NCBI GenBank assembly: GCA_043817685.1
Contig: JBDRGQ010000004.1
Location: forward strand, 10,842-74,841
DNA: 64,000 nucleotides
Source: a bacterium
GTDB taxonomy: Bacteria; Patescibacteriota; Minisyncoccia; Minisyncoccales; RBG-13-42-11
Direction: 5' to 3'
Within the stretch, counting starts at the first letter, position 1. Each line of letters opens with the position of its first letter. Position numbers and translations under genes: made by a program. Shown here piece by piece: positions 10,106-18,284 of this stretch. The notes under the pieces were generated by a model. That model made no database searches. It was given only the letters and a program-made list of their open reading frames with translations, and was not told the DNA's origin.

Positions 10106-10244
10106 ATTTTGTTTTCCGGTCTATCTGCGAGTGGCCTACAATGTTCTGGACATCCCTCCTTTAGTCCAGATAGCCGATAAAGTCAGTGTTTTGAAAGTTT
10201 TCTTTTAAAATACTAACGCTCGCAGGTAGGCCGGAGGACAAAAT
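10106..10244 (+). ncRNA. Candidate structured RNA (three-way junction) in the 5' region of the GGDEF gene
   Basis: 28 contiguous bp between 10106-10133 and 10217-10244 (5 U-G wobbles, no mismatch). Inner hairpins: TCTGGAC/GTCCAGA (10145-10170) and a 13-bp hairpin at 10185-10214 (2 G-U). The wobbles work only on the plus strand. Confidence 0.72.
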
Positions 10245-10266
10245 ATATTATGAAAGGGGTAAAAAA

Positions 10267-10767
10267 TTGTTTATAAAAGTTTTCAAAAGGTTTTTTGCCG
10301 CTTTTTTAGCTTTCAAAAATCCAGAATTGCTTCGGCTATATGAATATTCCGGAGCATTGTCTAAACACTTCTTTAAGTGTTTAGCAATTAAGGAAATAGC
10401 TCACGCTCAAAATGGACAGCTATTCTCTATGATTTTTATAGATCTGGATAACTTCAAGGAATTCAATGATACTTACGGTCACGTGAAGGGCGATGATTAT
10501 CTTAAGCGTTTTGTTGAAACAATTAAGAAATGTTGTCGTTCCTACGATTTGGTCGGAAGTTGGGGTGGAGATGAATTTGTTCTGCTTTTACCTAGAACTA
10601 CTGCTGATCAAGCACAATCTATAGTTAAAAGAATAAATTCTTTTTTCCCATTCTTTTCTTGGGGAATTAGTATCTGGTCTGAGGGAGATGATCTTAAAAG
10701 TCTTGTAGAAAGGGCTGACCAGAGAATGTTTGAGGCTAAAAGAGCAAAAAAGGCCGGGGATCGATAG
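10267..10767 (+). CDS. Stand-alone GGDEF-domain protein (diguanylate cyclase-like)
   Basis: FIDLDNFKEFNDTYGHVKGD, I-site RSYD, GGDEF and ADQRMFEAK motifs; SD-like GAAAGGGGT before the TTG start. Confidence 0.9.
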   Translation: MFIKVFKRFFAAFLAFKNPELLRLYEYSGALSKHFFKCLAIKEIAHAQNGQLFSMIFIDLDNFKEFNDTYGHVKGDDYLKRFVETIKKCCRSYDLVGSWGGDEFVLLLPRTTADQAQSIVKRINSFFPFFSWGISIWSEGDDLKSLVERADQRMFEAKRAKKAGDR

Positions 10768-10784
10768 TTTCATCCTCGGCTTTT
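10746..10784. terminator. Likely bidirectional terminator between GGDEF gene and pth
   Basis: A-run, GGCCGGGGAT...ATCCTCGGCT stem (10 bp with G-U), then T-run. Confidence 0.65.
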
Positions 10785-11348
10785 CTATTTATTGTATTCC
10801 GTCATTGCCTCATTCTCTTCTCCTTTTAATATCATATCTAAGGCTTCGTCAGTCTTTTTAAATACATCTTTTAAATTACCAAGCTTGTTTATTTTTCTAA
10901 GAACAAAGATTTCCGAATGTTTAACTTTTCCTTTGCTAGGTTGAATTCCTATTCTTATCCTTTTGAAATCTTTTGTGCCGATAATTTTAATAATAGAGTC
11001 TATTCCTTTATGTCCGGCTGTCCCTCTGTCTTTTACTATTCTTATTTTCCCGAAAGGCAGATCTATATCGTCTTGTAGAACTATTAGATTGTCATTGTTT
11101 ATTTTCCATTGATTCATTAAAGCTCCTACGGCAGAACCGGATGAATTCATGAATGTCTGAGGTTTAGCCAATATAACCTTTTCTCCATTTATCTTGTCTT
11201 CTGCTATTTCTGATTTAAGTTTTTTATCCATCTTAAACTCAGGGAAGTTTTTTCCCCTTGAAAAGAAGTCTATAGCCAAAAATCCTATATTATGCCAGGT
11301 TTTTTCGTATTTTTCTCCTGGATTACCCAGTCCGACGATTAAAAACAT
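10785..11348 (-). CDS. pth: Peptidyl-tRNA hydrolase
   Basis: LIVGLGNPG, HNIGF, KPQTFMN, GHKG and RIRIGI motifs. Confidence 0.96.
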   Translation of the reverse strand: MFLIVGLGNPGEKYEKTWHNIGFLAIDFFSRGKNFPEFKMDKKLKSEIAEDKINGEKVILAKPQTFMNSSGSAVGALMNQWKINNDNLIVLQDDIDLPFGKIRIVKDRGTAGHKGIDSIIKIIGTKDFKRIRIGIQPSKGKVKHSEIFVLRKINKLGNLKDVFKKTDEALDMILKGEENEAMTEYNK

Positions 11349-11374
11349 GTTATTCCATTATCTTATCATTTCTC

Positions 11375-11403
11375 TTGCCAAAAAGTAAAATATTGAGTAT
11401 AAT
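11375..11403 (+). promoter_or_regulatory. sigma70 promoter of the lepB-hisS operon (predicted leaderless)
   Basis: TTGCCA-17 nt-TATAAT, ending 6 nt before ATG 11410. Confidence 0.7.
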
Positions 11404-11409
11404 TTGAAC

Positions 11410-11952
11410 ATGAAAAGTTTCTTTGGTTTTCTTTGGGAAATAGTTAAAATAGTCGTGATTGCCCTTGTAATAGTTTTGCCTATCCGCTATTTTTTGTTTC
11501 AGCCTTTCTTTGTAAACGGTCAGTCAATGGATCCTAATTTTGAAGATGGGGATTATCTAATAGTGGATGAGTTAAGTTATAGGCTAAGGGCGCCCGAGAG
11601 AGGAGAAGTTGTTGTTTTTAACTATCCCAATGATATCTCCCAAAAGTATATTAAAAGAATTATTGGACTTCCCGGAGAGACATTAGAGATAATAGACGGG
11701 AAAATATACATAACAAATACAGAAAGAAAAATAGAACTGGATGAGTCAGGATATCTTCCTTCTGTTTACACTACAGGGACTATTAGGGTGAATTTGGATG
11801 AAGAAGAATATTTTGTTCTAGGAGATAACAGGACTGTTTCATCTGATTCCAGACGTTGGGGAACTCTACCAAGAAAAAATATTATTGGTCAGGCATTTTT
11901 TAGAGCTTGGCCCTTTGCTTCTTTAACTAAAATATCAGCTCCAGTTTATTAA
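11410..11952 (+). CDS. lepB: Signal peptidase I
   Basis: One TM segment, GQSMDPNF (catalytic Ser), YIKRIIGLPGE (Lys) and GDNRxxSSDSR. Confidence 0.95.
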   Translation: MKSFFGFLWEIVKIVVIALVIVLPIRYFLFQPFFVNGQSMDPNFEDGDYLIVDELSYRLRAPERGEVVVFNYPNDISQKYIKRIIGLPGETLEIIDGKIYITNTERKIELDESGYLPSVYTTGTIRVNLDEEEYFVLGDNRTVSSDSRRWGTLPRKNIIGQAFFRAWPFASLTKISAPVY

Positions 11953-11957
11953 AATAT

Positions 11958-13259
11958 ATGGCAAATAAAAACAAGATACAAAGAGTAAGCGGAATGCACG
12001 ATATATTGCCAGAAGAACAGCATTATTTTGATAAGATTTACGATGTCTGCAAAAATGTTGCAGATTTTTATGATTTTAAAAAAATAGATACTCCGTTTTT
12101 AGAATATTCAGACTTATATGCTAAAGGAACAGGCCTTTCTACAGATATTGTTCAAAAGCAGATGTATTCTTTAAGAACAAGAGGAGGAGATTTGTTAACT
12201 TTGAGACCGGAGTTCACTCCCGGGATAGTCAGATCTTACATAGAACACGGAATGCAGAATCTTCCCCAACCAGTAAAATTATATTCTTATGGTTCTGTTT
12301 TCAGGTATGAACATCCACAAGCCGGAAGATACCGCCAGTTCCGCCAGTTCAATGTTGAGATCATAGGAGACGAAAATCCTGTTGTGGATGTTCAGCTTAT
12401 TCAGTTTTTCTACAATATATTAAAAGAATTAAAAATAAAGAACTTAATTATAGAAGTTAACAGCATAGGAGATAGCCAGTGCAGGCCCTATTATAAGAAG
12501 TTATTGGTTAATTATTTAAAATCCAGAGATTCGGCTTTATGCGCTGATTGTAGAAGAAGAGCAAAAACTAATCCTTTGAGAGTTTTGGATTGTAATGAAG
12601 AAAAGTGTCAGAGAATTATGAGTCAGGCTCCCCAAACAATAGATCATTTGTGCGACGAATGTCATTCACATTTCAAAAGCGTTTTGGAATTGTTGGATGA
12701 AGCTGAAATTCCCTATAGATTAAATCCTAATTTGGTAAGAGGTTTGGATTATTACACTAAAACAGTGTTCGAGATTTTTTCTGAAGAAAGAACTAAGAAA
12801 GAAGGAGAAAATTCTATTCCCAGATTGTCTTTAGTGGCTGGTGGAAGATACGATGCTTTAGTAAAATTATTGGGAGGAGAATCTGTTGGGGCTACAGGCG
12901 GAGCAATGGGAGTAGAAAGAGTTAATTTGTTGGTCAAAGCAAAAAACGGAAAGGCTCCGAAAACAACAGTTCCTCAAGTATTCTTGGCCCAATTAGGAAA
13001 TGCGGCCAAAAGAAAGAGTTTGAAATTGTTTGAGGATTTTAGGAAAGCCAAGATAAGAGTTGCAGAAACATTCGGAAAAGATTCTTTAAAAGCTCAATTA
13101 AGATCCGCAGATAAATTAGAATCTAGATATACTTTATTGCTTGGCCAGAAAGAAGTTTTAGAAGGAACGATAATTATCAGAGACATGAAATCAGGGAAGC
13201 AAGACACTGTTAAATTTGATAAAGTCGTTAAAGAAATAAAGAAAAGGCTAAAGAAATAA
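11958..13259 (+). CDS. hisS: Histidine--tRNA ligase
   Basis: LRPEFT, FRYEHPQAGRYRQF, LVRGLDYYT and GGRYD motifs. Confidence 0.97.
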   Translation: MANKNKIQRVSGMHDILPEEQHYFDKIYDVCKNVADFYDFKKIDTPFLEYSDLYAKGTGLSTDIVQKQMYSLRTRGGDLLTLRPEFTPGIVRSYIEHGMQNLPQPVKLYSYGSVFRYEHPQAGRYRQFRQFNVEIIGDENPVVDVQLIQFFYNILKELKIKNLIIEVNSIGDSQCRPYYKKLLVNYLKSRDSALCADCRRRAKTNPLRVLDCNEEKCQRIMSQAPQTIDHLCDECHSHFKSVLELLDEAEIPYRLNPNLVRGLDYYTKTVFEIFSEERTKKEGENSIPRLSLVAGGRYDALVKLLGGESVGATGGAMGVERVNLLVKAKNGKAPKTTVPQVFLAQLGNAAKRKSLKLFEDFRKAKIRVAETFGKDSLKAQLRSADKLESRYTLLLGQKEVLEGTIIIRDMKSGKQDTVKFDKVVKEIKKRLKK

Positions 13260-13594
13260 TGGACTGTATCTTTTGTAAAATAGCAAATAAAGAGATGCCG
13301 AAAGAGTTTTTGTACGAGGATGATCAAGTGGTAGCTTTCGACGACATAGCACCGAAAGCTCCTATCCATATTCTAATAATTTCTAAAAAACACATTGATT
13401 CGGTAAATAATTTAAAAGAAGAAGATAAAGAATTAATAGGAAAAATGATTTTGGTAGCCAGAAACATAGCTAAAGAAAAAGACGTGTCTGAAGCGGGCTA
13501 TAGATTACTTTTTAACACTGGTAAAAACGCTGGACAAACGGTCGATCATATACATTTACATTTAATCGGAGGAACAAAACTTCCTTTCGCTTAA
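13259..13594 (+). CDS. Histidine triad (HIT) nucleotide-binding protein
   Basis: DCIFCKI and GQTVDHIHLHLIGG motifs. Confidence 0.93.
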   Translation: MDCIFCKIANKEMPKEFLYEDDQVVAFDDIAPKAPIHILIISKKHIDSVNNLKEEDKELIGKMILVARNIAKEKDVSEAGYRLLFNTGKNAGQTVDHIHLHLIGGTKLPFA

Positions 13595-13595
13595 T

Positions 13596-13838
13596 ATGGT
13601 ATTAGAAGTTAAAAAACAAGAGAGAGAGACAACTCAAGCTTTAATAAGACGTTTCACAAAAAACATTCAAAGAAGCAGGATTTTAATGCAGGCCAGGAAA
13701 AACAGGTTTTACCAAAGGACAAAATCAGTCCAGATAAAAAAAAGAGCAGCATTAAGAAGAGAAACGGCAAAAATTCGATACGAGAAATTAAAAAAGCTCG
13801 GTCAGCTTAAAACAAATGTCTCTAAAAGAAGAAATTAA
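13596..13838 (+). CDS. rpsU: 30S ribosomal protein S21
   Basis: Small basic protein with EVKKxExExxxALIRRF pattern, in the usual HIT-rpsU-yqeY order. Confidence 0.75.
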   Translation: MVLEVKKQERETTQALIRRFTKNIQRSRILMQARKNRFYQRTKSVQIKKRAALRRETAKIRYEKLKKLGQLKTNVSKRRN

Positions 13839-14304
13839 TCAAGCTTTAAAAACCTTTTTGAAAGAGAAAAAGGAATTAGAAGTTTCAACCCTAAGACAAT
13901 TATTGTCCTCTATTTTGAATAAGGAAAAAGAAAAAAGATTCACTTTGTCAAAAGAAAATCCAAACATTACAGAAGAAGACAGTCAATTAGTTGACGAAGA
14001 GATTTTAGATGTAGTTAGTTTGGAAGCTAAAAAAAGAAGAGAAGCTATAGAAGGATTTGAAAAAGGAGGAAGAACGGAATCTGCGGAAAAAGAAAAAAAA
14101 GAATTGGAAATATTAAAAAATTATTTGCCGGAACAACTTTCGGAAGAAGAAATAAATAATTTAGTGACAGAAGCAGTTAATAAGGTTGGGGCAAAAGAAA
14201 TTAAAGACATGGGAAAAGTAATGGCAGAATTAATGCCCAAAACCAAAGGAAAAGCAGACGGTGCTTTAGTTGGAAAAATTGTAAAAGAAGCGCTTGGTCA
14301 ATGA
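13816..14304 (+). CDS. GatB/YqeY domain protein
   Basis: KKRREAIEGFEKGGR, YLPEQLSEEE and KDMGKVM motifs. Confidence 0.92.
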   Translation: MSLKEEINQALKTFLKEKKELEVSTLRQLLSSILNKEKEKRFTLSKENPNITEEDSQLVDEEILDVVSLEAKKRREAIEGFEKGGRTESAEKEKKELEILKNYLPEQLSEEEINNLVTEAVNKVGAKEIKDMGKVMAELMPKTKGKADGALVGKIVKEALGQ

Positions 14305-14684
14305 TAGAGATAAACAATCTTACCAAAAAAAAGATAGATACTGATTTTTTGAAGAAAATTGGCCAAAATATATTAAAAAAAGAAAAAAGAAATGGTCTGG
14401 AAATCTCAGGCGCCCTAGTTGGACAATCTAGGATAAAAGAGATAAATAAGAAGTATAGGAGGAATAATAAGCCAACAGACGTCCTATCTTTTTTTTATGG
14501 AGATTCAGGAGAAATAATTATCTGCCTCGACATGGTAAAAAGAGGGGAAGAAGAGTTAGCCAGAGTATTTATACACGGATTGTTGCACATTCTGGGGTAT
14601 GACCACGAAAAAACCCAGAAAGAAGCTAAAATTATGCAGGGGAAAGAGAATTATTATTTATCACAAGAGTATGGCAAAAAGTAA
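14301..14684 (+). CDS. ybeY: rRNA maturation endoribonuclease YbeY
   Basis: NKKYR, PTDVLSF and HGLLHILGYDH motifs. Confidence 0.92.
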   Translation: MIEINNLTKKKIDTDFLKKIGQNILKKEKRNGLEISGALVGQSRIKEINKKYRRNNKPTDVLSFFYGDSGEIIICLDMVKRGEEELARVFIHGLLHILGYDHEKTQKEAKIMQGKENYYLSQEYGKK

Positions 14685-15894
14685 TTTAATTGCCGGATTA
14701 GATATAGGAACAGGGCATATTAAATTATTGGTTGTGAAACAAAAAGAAGACCAGCCTGGTTTTGAAGTAGTTTCCCAATTAAAGGAAACTTCTTTCGGGG
14801 TAAGAAAGGGAGTTGTTATTGATACAGAAAAGGTTTCCAGAATAATACAGATACTTTTAAACAGAGCCAGAGAAGAGACCGGCCAGAAAATAAATGCTGT
14901 TTTTACAAATATTGGAGGCAGCCATTTATCTTGTGTATCTTCCAGAGGGATGATTGCAGTATCTAGAGCAGACCAGAAAATTTCAGAAATGGATGTTGCT
15001 AGAGTTATAGAATCTGCTAAAACAGTTTCTTTGCCTTCCAATAGCCAGATTATGGAAGTTTATCCTAAAGAATTTATAGTTGATAACAATGACGGAGTAA
15101 AGGAAGCAATCGGCATGCACGGAGGAAGACTAGAAGTGGAAACAATGGTTTTGGCATGTTTTACCCCTTATTTGAATAATTTAACCCAGGCGATACTAGC
15201 CTCTGACCTTCGGATATTGGATGTTGTTCCTTCTTCTTTGGCCTCAGCCGAAGCAGTTTTAACTCCGAAACAAAAAGAATTAGGGGCAGCTATCTTAGAT
15301 ATCGGAGCTGGCACCTCTGAGTTGGCAATATTTGAGGAAGGAGAGCTGGTCCATTTAGTGGTGTTCCCCATGGGGTCAGCCAATATCACCAATGATATCG
15401 CCATTGGTCTGAAGACTGATATTGATACTGCAGAAGTTATAAAGATTGAAAAAGGGTCTTGCTCATTCAAAGGAAGTGATAAAAAAGAAAAGGTAGAAGT
15501 GGAAGGAGAAGATACTTTGATATTCTCTCAAAAAATGCTCTCCAGGATCATAGAGGCTAGAGTTTCAGAAATATTCGGAGAAGTCCAAAAAGAATTAAAA
15601 AAGATTCAAAAACAAGGAATGCTTCCTGCTGGAATTGTACTTACTGGCGGAGGTTCAAGGACTCCTAAAATAGTTGATTTGGCTAAAAAAGAATTAAAGC
15701 TTCCTTGCAGGATAGGGAAACCAATGGATTTTTATGGTTTGGAAGAAGATTTAAATTATGCCACTTCCTGCGGTTTGATTATGAGAGGAATGAGAGGATC
15801 TAATAGAAGCTTATCAATTTCTTCCAGTAATTGGACAGAAAAAACCAAATTCGTAGACAGGTTCAAAAAAATATTAAAAGTTTTTATTCCATAA
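14671..15894 (+). CDS. ftsA: Cell division protein FtsA
   Basis: GLDIGT, LDIGAGTS, GIVLTGGG and a C-terminal amphipathic helix. Start placed at ATG 14671. Confidence 0.95.
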   Translation: MAKSNLIAGLDIGTGHIKLLVVKQKEDQPGFEVVSQLKETSFGVRKGVVIDTEKVSRIIQILLNRAREETGQKINAVFTNIGGSHLSCVSSRGMIAVSRADQKISEMDVARVIESAKTVSLPSNSQIMEVYPKEFIVDNNDGVKEAIGMHGGRLEVETMVLACFTPYLNNLTQAILASDLRILDVVPSSLASAEAVLTPKQKELGAAILDIGAGTSELAIFEEGELVHLVVFPMGSANITNDIAIGLKTDIDTAEVIKIEKGSCSFKGSDKKEKVEVEGEDTLIFSQKMLSRIIEARVSEIFGEVQKELKKIQKQGMLPAGIVLTGGGSRTPKIVDLAKKELKLPCRIGKPMDFYGLEEDLNYATSCGLIMRGMRGSNRSLSISSSNWTEKTKFVDRFKKILKVFIP

Positions 15895-15896
15895 TT

Positions 15897-16820
15897 ATGT
15901 TTACTAAAATTAAAGTTGTAGGACTTGGAGGTTCTGGGGGAAACGCCCTCTCCAGGATGAAAAAATGTAATATTAAGGGAGTAGAACTTATTGCCATGAA
16001 TACCGATGCTCAAGACCTGACCAAAACCAGAGCTGATTTTAAGATAAGAATCGGAAAAAAAACTACTCAAGGATTAGGCTCTGGCATGAACCCCGAAATA
16101 GGCAGAAAATCTGCTTTAGAAAATAAAGAAGACATAAAAAAATCTTTGCAGGGAGCAGAAATGGTTTTTCTTGCTTGTGGTCTGGGAGGCGGAACAGGGA
16201 CAGGTTCGATTCCAATAGTGGCAGAGATAGCCAAGGAAATGGGAATACTTACTCTGGCAGTTGTTACTAAACCTTTTTCTTTTGAGGGCCAGATTCGTCA
16301 GAAAATTGCTGAAAACGGAGCTAGAAAATTGAAAGATAAAGTAGATACTTTAATCACTATTTCCAATGATAAACTTCTAGCCACTTTGGATCCAAAAACC
16401 CCGTTAATGAGTGCTTTCTGGGCTTGCGATGATATTTTAAGACAGGCAGTTCAGGGAATATCTGATCTTATTTCATTGCCCGGAATTATTAATGTAGATT
16501 TTGCGGATGTTAAAGCTATTATGTCTAATGCTGGCTCTGCTATTTTTGGCGTAGGAAAAGCTCGAGGGGAAGGAAGAGCTCAAAAAGCAGCTCTATCAGC
16601 CATTAATTCTCCCTTGCTTGATGTTTCAGTAAAAGGAGCTAAAGGCGTATTGTTTAATATTTCTGGTGGAAAAGATATCAGTTTGGCTGAGATAGACGAA
16701 GTGGCTAATATCATAACTCAGGAAATGAATCCTGAGGCTAAAATTATTTTCGGAGCAGTCCAGGATGAAAAATTAAAAACTGGAGAAATAAAAGTAACTG
16801 TTATTGCTACGGGATTTTAA
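15897..16820 (+). CDS. ftsZ: Cell division protein FtsZ, globular core only (307 aa)
   Basis: KIKVVGLGGSGGNA, NTDAQDL, GLGGGTGTG and INVDFADV motifs; ends VTVIATGF-stop. Confidence 0.95.
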   Translation: MFTKIKVVGLGGSGGNALSRMKKCNIKGVELIAMNTDAQDLTKTRADFKIRIGKKTTQGLGSGMNPEIGRKSALENKEDIKKSLQGAEMVFLACGLGGGTGTGSIPIVAEIAKEMGILTLAVVTKPFSFEGQIRQKIAENGARKLKDKVDTLITISNDKLLATLDPKTPLMSAFWACDDILRQAVQGISDLISLPGIINVDFADVKAIMSNAGSAIFGVGKARGEGRAQKAALSAINSPLLDVSVKGAKGVLFNISGGKDISLAEIDEVANIITQEMNPEAKIIFGAVQDEKLKTGEIKVTVIATGF

Positions 16821-16823
16821 AGG

Positions 16824-18266
16824 ATGACTCCCTCTAAAATATTCTCCTATTTTTGCCTCTCTTTTCTGGGAGGCATTTTTTTAAGTTCTTTTTTTAGTTT
16901 TTTTCAGGTTTCTTTACTATTTATTAGCGTGGTTTCCATATTCTTGATTTCTGTTTTATGGAGGTATAAAAAGATTATTGTTCTGGGATTTTGCTTATTA
17001 TTTGTTTTATTGGGAATAGTAAGACACCAGGCGTTTAAAGAAGAATTTTTAGACTTACCCTTAAAAAAAGAAATATCCTTTGTTGGAATTGTGGTTTCAG
17101 AGCCAGATGTTAGGGAAAGCAATACGAAACTTACTTTAGGAAAAATAGATAATACAGAAAAAAAGATATTAATAACAGCCCCCAAATATCCAGAGTACCG
17201 GTATGGAGACAAATTAAGAGTAAAAGGATTATTGGAAATACCCATTCAATTTGATGATTTTAATTATCCAGGGTATTTAGCTAAAGATGGCATTTATTAT
17301 TTGTCTTATTATCCCAAAATTGAATTGTTAGAAAGAAATAAAGGAAACTTTATCCTTTCTAATATTTTTAAAATTAAAAATAAGTTTAGAAAAGTTATTT
17401 CAGAAAATCTTTCAATAAGCCAATCTTCTATATTGGGAGCTGTTATTTTGGGAGATAAAAGACAGCTTACGGAAGAATTAAAAGAGAAGTTAAATCTAGC
17501 TGGAGTCAGGCATTTAACTGCGATATCTGGGATGCATGTTGCTATTTTAACTTCTATTTTAATGAGTTTTTTAATCGGTCTTGGTTTGTGGCGCAAGCAG
17601 GCGTTTTGGATTACTTTAATAATTATTTCTTTATTCATTGTTTTAACTGGTTTGCAATCTTCTGCTGTCAGGGCGGGGATTATGGGAGGATTATTTATTT
17701 TGGCGCAATATTTAGGCAGACAAGGTTTTTCCATTAGAACTGTTTTATTCGCAGCTGCCATAATGTTATTTTTAAATCCTTTATTGTTGGCATCCGATGT
17801 TGGCTTTCAATTGTCTTTTTTAGCAGTAATAGGAATAATATTATTTGCTCCGATTTTGGAATATTATTTTAGGAAGGTTTCTAATAAATTTCAGTTAAGA
17901 AATATAGTATCTATGACATTGGCTGCCCAGATTTTTACTCTTCCCATACTTATTTTTAATTTTGGTCAGTTTTCTGTCGTTGCTCCTTTTGCCAATATTT
18001 TAATAGTTCCCTTACTTCCTTTTATTATGATTTCTGGATTTATCTTTGTTTTGTTAGGCGTTTTCTGGAATCCTTTGGCTTTTATTTTTTCTATTCCTTG
18101 CTGGATTCTTTTATCTTATTTAAATTTAGTGGTTAATTGGTTATCCAGCTTGCCTTTTGCCGCTGTTTTTTTGGATATTGCTTGGTTCGGGCTTACTATA
18201 TATTATTTATTAGTTGTTGTTTTTGTTTGGTGGTTGAAGAAAAGACTTAAAAATTCTTATTTTTAA
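16824..18266 (+). CDS. comEC: ComEC/Rec2 DNA-uptake channel (DUF4131/OB plus competence domain, no metallo-beta-lactamase domain)
   Basis: GVRHLTAISGMHV, SAVRAGIM and DVGFQLSF motifs; many TM segments. Confidence 0.92.
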   Translation: MTPSKIFSYFCLSFLGGIFLSSFFSFFQVSLLFISVVSIFLISVLWRYKKIIVLGFCLLFVLLGIVRHQAFKEEFLDLPLKKEISFVGIVVSEPDVRESNTKLTLGKIDNTEKKILITAPKYPEYRYGDKLRVKGLLEIPIQFDDFNYPGYLAKDGIYYLSYYPKIELLERNKGNFILSNIFKIKNKFRKVISENLSISQSSILGAVILGDKRQLTEELKEKLNLAGVRHLTAISGMHVAILTSILMSFLIGLGLWRKQAFWITLIIISLFIVLTGLQSSAVRAGIMGGLFILAQYLGRQGFSIRTVLFAAAIMLFLNPLLLASDVGFQLSFLAVIGIILFAPILEYYFRKVSNKFQLRNIVSMTLAAQIFTLPILIFNFGQFSVVAPFANILIVPLLPFIMISGFIFVLLGVFWNPLAFIFSIPCWILLSYLNLVVNWLSSLPFAAVFLDIAWFGLTIYYLLVVVFVWWLKKRLKNSYF

Positions 18267-18284
18267 TGTTAAAATCTATTTAAT

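Noticed and set aside
10106-10244. c-di-GMP-I (GEMM) riboswitch, suggested by TCCGGTCTA and GATAGCCG words upstream of a GGDEF gene
   Set aside because: No GGCAAAC...GAAA...GACGCAAA core, and the 28-bp closing stem is incompatible with the GEMM fold. Kept as an unknown RNA.
10049-10784. Retron (msr-msd with a1/a2 repeats)
   Set aside because: The adjacent protein has GGDEF motifs, not YADD/VTG reverse transcriptase motifs, and there is no RT in the window.
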